Shown here piece after piece: positions 7,816-12,556 of a stretch of 12,556 bases of DNA. The notes under the pieces were generated by a model. It made no database searches, was not told where the DNA came from, and saw nothing but the letters and a program-made list of their open reading frames with translations. This DNA comes from Archangium sp. GTDB lineage: Bacteria; Myxococcota; Myxococcia; Myxococcales; Myxococcaceae. Location of the stretch: contig JANLPS010000299.1 in assembly GCA_031367385.1 (NCBI GenBank), positions 1 to 12,556 of the forward strand. The letters run 5' to 3'. Position 1 is the stretch's first letter. Each line of letters begins with the position of its first letter. Made by a program: the position numbers and the translations under genes.

Positions 7816-9588
7816 ATGGCTGCACGTCGACGGCGCGTTCTGGGAAATGACCCGTTCAAGCGGGGCTCGGCGGAGCGGACGCCGTTGACTGACGCTCCGC
7901 TGCCTGAGCGGAGGACGCTCCCGCCGACGCCCGAGTTGCAGATGGCGCGGAAGAAGAAGGCCAACGCACCACCGGCGCACTCGCGCGCATCAGATGACGC
8001 GGCGCTCGCACCGCCCGCGATTGAAAGAAAGACGCACGTCAGCCACGCGAACGCACCCGACGCGGTCAGACTCGACGTGGCGCGCCGAGATGGCGCATCA
8101 CCAGCGACTGCAAGAAAGACTCACGGCAGCGAGCCGGTGCCACACGCGCACGCATCTGACGCGGTCAGACTCGACGGGGCGCTCCGAGATGGCGCATCGC
8201 CGGTGGTTCAGAAAAAAGTTCATGGCCGCGAGCCGGTAGCGCACGCGCATGCACCCGACGCGGTCATGCTCGACGGGTCGCTCCGGGATGGCGCATCGCC
8301 GGGGGTTCACGGCCGCGAGCCGGTGCCACACGCGCACGCACCTGACGCGCTCAGACTCGACGGGGCGCTCCGAGATGGCGCATCGCCGGTGGTTCAGAAA
8401 AAAGTTCATGTCCGCGAACCGGTACCGCACGCGCATGCGCCCGACGCGGTCATGCTCGACGGGCCGATGGCTCATGGCTCGTCACCCGGCGTTCAGAAAA
8501 ACGCCAACGAGCCGGTCGCGCACACTCACGCACCTGACGCGGTCGCACTCGACGGCCCGCTCGCGCATGGCTCATCGCCAGCCGTTCGCTTCGACCCGGT
8601 GGCGCATGATCTCACGCCCGATGGCATTGAGCTCGAGGTCGGCAGCCCGCAGGCGCACTCGCATTCACCCGCGGCCAATGCCGACCCGGTGCCGCACGCA
8701 GAGACCCCCGAGCTGGTCGAGCGCCTGCACCCCAGCCGCAGTGACTCGTCATCTGAGCTGCCGGCTCCGAGTGAACCGCTTGCAGTGGGCGGCACGCTTC
8801 GCGGTCTGATGCGTGCGGTGCGTACCGCGGTAGGTCTGGCCAGCCGTTCGACCCAGGTCGACCCGTGGGGCAAAGACACCAGCCTCGCCGCGTCGCTGCG
8901 CCCCCTCGCCAACCTGCTCTACGACTCGTACTGGCGGGTCTCGGTCGACGGCGCAGGTCACATGCCTCGAGGGCCGTGCATCGTCGTCGCGAACCACGCC
9001 GGCGCCCTGCCCCTCGACGGCCCGATGCTGCACCTGGTGCTCCGCCGCGAGCGGCCCGAGCTGCTCGAGTCGCGCTGGCTGCTCGAAGACCAAATCTTTC
9101 ACGCCCCGTTCATCGGAGTGCTCGCCAACCGCCTCGGAGCCGTGCGCGCGAGCCCTGAAAATGCGCTGCGTTTGCTCGATGAAGGCCGCCCTGTACTGGT
9201 CTTCCCCGAGGGGTTTCAGGCGCTGTCGAAGCCGATGCGTGAGCGCTATCAGCTGCGAAAATTCGGCCGCGGCGGCTACGTGAAGATCGCCGCCAGAGGG
9301 GGAGTGCCCATCGTGCCCGTCGCGATCGTTGGCGGCGAAGAGGCGATGCCCTTGCTTGCGAAGCTGCCCGCGCGGGCCCTGGGGCTGCCCTACCTGCCGC
9401 TGACCCTGCCGCCGCTGCCGGTGCAGTGGAAGATTCGGTTCGCTCCGCCGATACACCTCGACGACGCGCCGGCTGACGTCGAGAGCGACCCGTCGTGGGT
9501 CGAGCAGACCAACCTGCGGGTGCGTGACACGATCGATTCGATGCTGGTCGAGCTCTTGCGTGATGCGGGTAAGCCGCGCGTCGGTTAA
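7816..9588 (+). CDS. Lysophospholipid/glycerolipid acyltransferase family protein (PlsC/LPLAT, MGAT-like) with long repetitive N-terminal extension
   Basis: The C-terminal ~240 aa contain VVANHAGALPLDG, VLVFPEG, FGRGGYVKIA and VPIVPVAIVGGEE. The gene starts 3 nt after the SDR stop. Confidence 0.88.
   Translation: MAARRRRVLGNDPFKRGSAERTPLTDAPLPERRTLPPTPELQMARKKKANAPPAHSRASDDAALAPPAIERKTHVSHANAPDAVRLDVARRDGASPATARKTHGSEPVPHAHASDAVRLDGALRDGASPVVQKKVHGREPVAHAHAPDAVMLDGSLRDGASPGVHGREPVPHAHAPDALRLDGALRDGASPVVQKKVHVREPVPHAHAPDAVMLDGPMAHGSSPGVQKNANEPVAHTHAPDAVALDGPLAHGSSPAVRFDPVAHDLTPDGIELEVGSPQAHSHSPAANADPVPHAETPELVERLHPSRSDSSSELPAPSEPLAVGGTLRGLMRAVRTAVGLASRSTQVDPWGKDTSLAASLRPLANLLYDSYWRVSVDGAGHMPRGPCIVVANHAGALPLDGPMLHLVLRRERPELLESRWLLEDQIFHAPFIGVLANRLGAVRASPENALRLLDEGRPVLVFPEGFQALSKPMRERYQLRKFGRGGYVKIAARGGVPIVPVAIVGGEEAMPLLAKLPARALGLPYLPLTLPPLPVQWKIRFAPPIHLDDAPADVESDPSWVEQTNLRVRDTIDSMLVELLRDAGKPRVG
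8035..8721 (+). repeat. In-frame tandem repeat of 87-99 bp units (about 8 copies, degenerate at both ends) encoding (H)GREPVPHAHAPDAVxLDGxLRDGASP(VVQKKV)
   Basis: Units start at about 8035, 8122, 8221, 8308, 8407 and 8506, with two more degenerate copies to about 8721. Units 8122-8220 and 8308-8406 differ at only 3 of 99 nt. All spacings are multiples of 3. Confidence 0.95.
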
Positions 9589-9601
9589 TCCACTCCCGCC
9601 G

Positions 9602-10462
9602 ATGAAGATCGCCACTTGGAATGTGAACGGCATTCGCGCGAGGGAAGCGCAGGTGTTCGACTTTCTGCAGCACGACGCGCCCGACGTGTTGTGCCTGCAA
9701 GAGATCAAGGCGTCTCCGCACCAGGTGCCGGTGAGCCTGTTCGAGGTCGAGGGGTATTGGCCGTATTGGCATGGCCACAAGGGGTACTCGGGGGTGGCGC
9801 TGCTGGTCAGCAAGGCCTCGTGCCCGGTGCGGCCCGCGTTCTCGCACCCCGCGTTCGATCACGAAAACCGCATCGTGGTGGTCGAGCTGGGCTCGCTGCT
9901 GGTGGCGTCGATCTATGTGCCCAATGGCGGCAAAGACTTCGCGGCCAAGATGCGCTTTCTCGAAGCGATGAACGCGTACGCAGCCGAGCAGCTCGCGCTG
10001 GGCAAGACCCTGGTGCTGTGCGGTGACCTGAACGTGGCGCGCACGCCGATTGACGTGCACGAGAAGCTGCGAAACCCCGAGCAGATCGGGCAGTCAGCCG
10101 ACGAGCGCGCGTTGATCGAGCGAATACTCAGCCACGGGTTGACTGACCTGGGGCGGTTCTTCGCGCCAGACGACGACCAGTTGTTCACCTGGTGGGCTCC
10201 CTGGCGGCAGTACCGCGAGCGCAACATCGGCTGGCGACTCGACTACGTCTTGGCGAGCGAAGCGGCCGCGAAACGCGCCACCGGTTGCGGAGTGCAACGC
10301 CTCGTCGGCACCAGCGACCACGGCCCGGTCACCGCGGTCTTCGATGGGCCGCTCTTCGATGGGAGCACGATCACGCCAGGGCCGGCGCTTTCGACTCCGC
10401 GCGTCACCACGCTGGCAGCCGAAGCCCCGCAGCTCGATTTGTTCGGCAACGCGAAAACCTGA
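9602..10462 (+). CDS. xth: Exodeoxyribonuclease III (class II AP endonuclease)
   Basis: MKIATWNVNGIRAR, LCLQEIK, GYSGVA, IYVPNG, CGDLNVA, FTWW, NIGWRLDY and SDHGPV, so the full EEP catalytic set is present. The ATG at 9602 gives 286 aa. Confidence 0.95.
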   Translation: MKIATWNVNGIRAREAQVFDFLQHDAPDVLCLQEIKASPHQVPVSLFEVEGYWPYWHGHKGYSGVALLVSKASCPVRPAFSHPAFDHENRIVVVELGSLLVASIYVPNGGKDFAAKMRFLEAMNAYAAEQLALGKTLVLCGDLNVARTPIDVHEKLRNPEQIGQSADERALIERILSHGLTDLGRFFAPDDDQLFTWWAPWRQYRERNIGWRLDYVLASEAAAKRATGCGVQRLVGTSDHGPVTAVFDGPLFDGSTITPGPALSTPRVTTLAAEAPQLDLFGNAKT

Positions 10463-10502
10463 AACTTTTTCCCGCCGGGGTTCATGACGGGCGTATTTGT
10501 CT

Positions 10503-10522
10503 GCAAGCGCCGAGGCGCTTGC
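10503..10522. other. Perfect 8-bp stem-loop between xth and the DUF2911 gene
   Basis: GCAAGCGC-CGAG-GCGCTTGC with no U-tract on either side. Confidence 0.55.
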
Positions 10523-10551
10523 CCCGCTGAGTTCAGTTCAATTCACTTCAC

Positions 10552-10556
10552 AGGAG
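10552..10556 (+). promoter_or_regulatory. Shine-Dalgarno site of the DUF2911 gene
   Basis: AGGAG-cctgta-ATG (6 nt spacing to ATG 10563). Confidence 0.85.
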
Positions 10557-10562
10557 CCTGTA

Positions 10563-11402
10563 ATGAACGTTCGAAGTCTGATTGGTATCTGCTGTTTGTT
10601 GGCGCTGCCCACGTTGGCGCAGTCGCAATTGCAACTGCCCAGCAAAAGCCCGGGCGCGAAGGTCAGCCAGACGGCCGGCCTGACCGAGATTACCGTCGAG
10701 TACAGCAGCCCCGGCGTGAAGGGCCGCAAGATCTGGGGCGCGCTGGTGCCGTACGGCCAGGTCTGGCGTGCTGGCGCGAACGAGGCGACCCGCGTCACCT
10801 TCAGCAAAGACGTCACCGTGGGCGACACCGCGATCGCCGCGGGCACCTACTCGTTTCACGCCATACCCACCGCCAAAGAATGGACGCTCATTCTCAACAA
10901 GACGGCCAAGCAGTGGGGCTCGTACGAGTACGCCAAAGAGGCCGACGTGGTGCGCGTGAACGTGACGCCGAAGGCCGTGCCGAACCGCGAGCGGCTTGCA
11001 TACATGATCTCCGACTTCACCGATGACATGGCGAACATCGATCTCGAGTGGGAGAAGGTTCGCGTCTCGTTGCCGGTCAAGCTGAAGACCAAAGAGCAGG
11101 CCTTGGCGAACGTGAAGGCGACGGTCGACGGTGCGTGGCAGCCGATGTTCGCCGCCGCTCGCTACATGCTCGAGAACAAAGACTACCCGACCGGCCTGAC
11201 CTACATCGAGAAGTCGATCGCGGTCGAAGAGACCTGGCAGAACGACTGGATGAAGGCGCAGCTCCTCGCCGGCAGCGGCAAGTACAAAGACGCGCTGATG
11301 GCAGCCGAGAAGGCGCAGGCGTTGGGTCAGAAGAACGCCGACGCGTTCGGTGGTGCTGACGACGTGAAGAAGGCGCTGACCGAGTGGAAGGGAAAGAGCT
11401 AG
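10563..11402 (+). CDS. DUF2911 domain exported protein with C-terminal TPR-like helices
   Basis: Signal peptide (MNVRSLIGICCLLALPTLA|Q), the DUF2911 signature SPGAKVSQTAGLTEITVEYSSPGVKGRKIWGALVPYGQVWRAGANEAT...AGTYSF...LEWE, then TPR-like AARYMLE...KAQLLAGSGKYKDALMAAEKA. The ATG at 10563 has an SD. Confidence 0.88.
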   Translation: MNVRSLIGICCLLALPTLAQSQLQLPSKSPGAKVSQTAGLTEITVEYSSPGVKGRKIWGALVPYGQVWRAGANEATRVTFSKDVTVGDTAIAAGTYSFHAIPTAKEWTLILNKTAKQWGSYEYAKEADVVRVNVTPKAVPNRERLAYMISDFTDDMANIDLEWEKVRVSLPVKLKTKEQALANVKATVDGAWQPMFAAARYMLENKDYPTGLTYIEKSIAVEETWQNDWMKAQLLAGSGKYKDALMAAEKAQALGQKNADAFGGADDVKKALTEWKGKS

Positions 11403-11411
11403 CTCTTCGCC

Positions 11412-12554
11412 ATGGGTGGCCCGTTTTCACAGGCGTTTCTCGCTGGTGAGCCTCGGGCTGCGTCGTTTTTGAAGCGAGAATTCGCAGACCCCGTCGCCCG
11501 CTTGGCTCAGGCCCGGCGGGCGGCATTATTTTCGGTGTCGCCGCAGGTGCACTCGGCGCTGGTGGCGCAGAACAGAGCGTATGTCTCGAGCGCGGCGCGT
11601 GACGCCAACCTCGTGGCACTGGCGAAACCGGGCACGACGGCGATGGTGACCGGGCAGCAGGTCGGGCTGTTCTTGGGCCCGCTGTACAGCTTTCACAAAG
11701 CCGCCGCGGCGATCGCCGATGCGCGCCAGCTCGAACGAGAGACCGGTGTTCGGTGCGTGCCGGTGTTCTGGCTTCAGAGCGAAGATCACGACTTCGACGA
11801 GATCAATCAGTGCGTGGTGGTCAATCGTGAAGGCGAGCTTGTGACGCTGCGCCTCGATGACGGGCCGGTCGACTGCCGGTGCTCGGTGAAGCATGTGGCC
11901 TTGGGGCCCTCGGTCGAGAAGCAACTCGAGCTCTTGCGTGAAGCCGTCGGCGCGTCACCGTTTTTCGAGATGGTCGAGCGGCACTACCGGCCCGGCGTGG
12001 GGCTGGTGCAGGCGTTCGCGGGGCTGATGGCAGAGGTCTTCGCCGAAGAAGGCCTGATTCTGCTCGACCCACGCGAGGCGGCCATGGCCGAGTCATTCGT
12101 CGCGGTGCATGAGCGAGCGGTTCGTGATGCCGCGGCGATCGCTCGCTCGCTGCAGGTGCGTGCCGACGCGCTCGAGGCGTTGGGGTTCGAGGTGCAAGTG
12201 CGGGTTCGGCCGGGGGCTCCGCTGTCGTTTTTTCACCCCGAAGGGCCGGCAGGGCCTCGGGTGCGCGTCGATTCAGGTGAGGGTCTGGTCGCGCAGTCAG
12301 CGCTCTCGTGGAGCAGCTCGGCGTTGCTGCGCCCGCTGCTGCAAGACAGCGTGTTGCCGACCGTCGGCTACGTCGGTGGCCCCGGAGAGCTCAATTACTT
12401 CGCGCAGTTGCCGCCGCTGTACGAGGCGTTCGGAATGCAGCTGCCGATGTTCGTGCCGCGCGCGAGGTTTCGGTTGGTAGACCCTCGCACCCGGGCACGA
12501 ATGGAGAAGGCGCCGACGGGTGCTCCTGGAGGCCCAGACCCCGAGGCGATCGAA
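11412..12554 (+). CDS. bshC: Bacillithiol biosynthesis cysteine-adding enzyme BshC, 3' end runs off the window
   Basis: Manual translation from ATG 11412 (MGGPFSQAFLAGEPRA...) is open to the window end. It contains VTGQQVGLFLGPLYSFHKA, VPVFWLQSEDHDFDEI, LILLDP, SSALLRPLLQDSVLPTVGYVGGPGELNYFAQL and MFVPRA, all BshC signature motifs. Confidence 0.92.
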   Translation, partial: MGGPFSQAFLAGEPRAASFLKREFADPVARLAQARRAALFSVSPQVHSALVAQNRAYVSSAARDANLVALAKPGTTAMVTGQQVGLFLGPLYSFHKAAAAIADARQLERETGVRCVPVFWLQSEDHDFDEINQCVVVNREGELVTLRLDDGPVDCRCSVKHVALGPSVEKQLELLREAVGASPFFEMVERHYRPGVGLVQAFAGLMAEVFAEEGLILLDPREAAMAESFVAVHERAVRDAAAIARSLQVRADALEALGFEVQVRVRPGAPLSFFHPEGPAGPRVRVDSGEGLVAQSALSWSSSALLRPLLQDSVLPTVGYVGGPGELNYFAQLPPLYEAFGMQLPMFVPRARFRLVDPRTRARMEKAPTGAPGGPDPEAIE

Positions 12555-12556
12555 GC

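Noticed and set aside
8212..8403. AAAAAAG runs in the repeat as -1 frameshift or phase-variation sites
   Set aside because: They read CAG-AAA-AAA-GTT in the coding frame, which is not the A-AAA-AAG phase. A6 is short, and the gene is intact without a shift.
8035..8721. Repeat array considered as a CRISPR array or non-coding repeat element
   Set aside because: The units are contiguous with no unique spacers, lengths are multiples of 3 within an open frame, and no cas or transposase genes are nearby.
8749..10060. Long minus-strand ORFs 8749..9813 and 9110..10060
   Set aside because: They are antisense shadows of the acyltransferase and xth with no domain features.
11394..11407. Perfect 14-bp palindrome AAGAGCTAGCTCTT over the DUF2911 stop codon
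   Set aside because: It has no loop or U-tract, bshC starts a few nt later, and it is a single occurrence. There is not enough support to call it a terminator or operator.

Overview
GC-rich bacterial chromosomal segment, probably Myxococcota (inferred from gene content and protein style, not from a search). It holds two divergent gene blocks. Minus strand: a papain/C39-like cysteine-peptidase-fold protein, a degenerate HupE/UreJ-like membrane protein, a coiled-coil hypothetical protein, rpsA with an intrinsic terminator, then acetyl-CoA acetyltransferase translationally coupled to a 3-oxoacid CoA-transferase subunit A (truncated at the left edge). Plus strand: an atypical extended SDR (NAD-epimerase family), a PlsC/LPLAT-family acyltransferase, exodeoxyribonuclease III, a DUF2911/TPR exported protein and bshC (truncated at the right edge). 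scoA and bshC are missing from the supplied ORF track and were translated by hand. No rRNA, tRNA, CRISPR array or mobile element is visible. The most notable observations are (1) a canonical beta-clamp-binding motif (QLDLF) on a flexible C-terminal tail of Xth, (2) a recently expanded, His-rich 29-33 aa tandem repeat in front of the acyltransferase domain, (3) the uncharacterised Cys-His-Glu peptidase-like gene coupled to a HupE/UreJ homologue that seems to have lost its His motifs, and (4) an SDR lacking the catalytic YxxxK.
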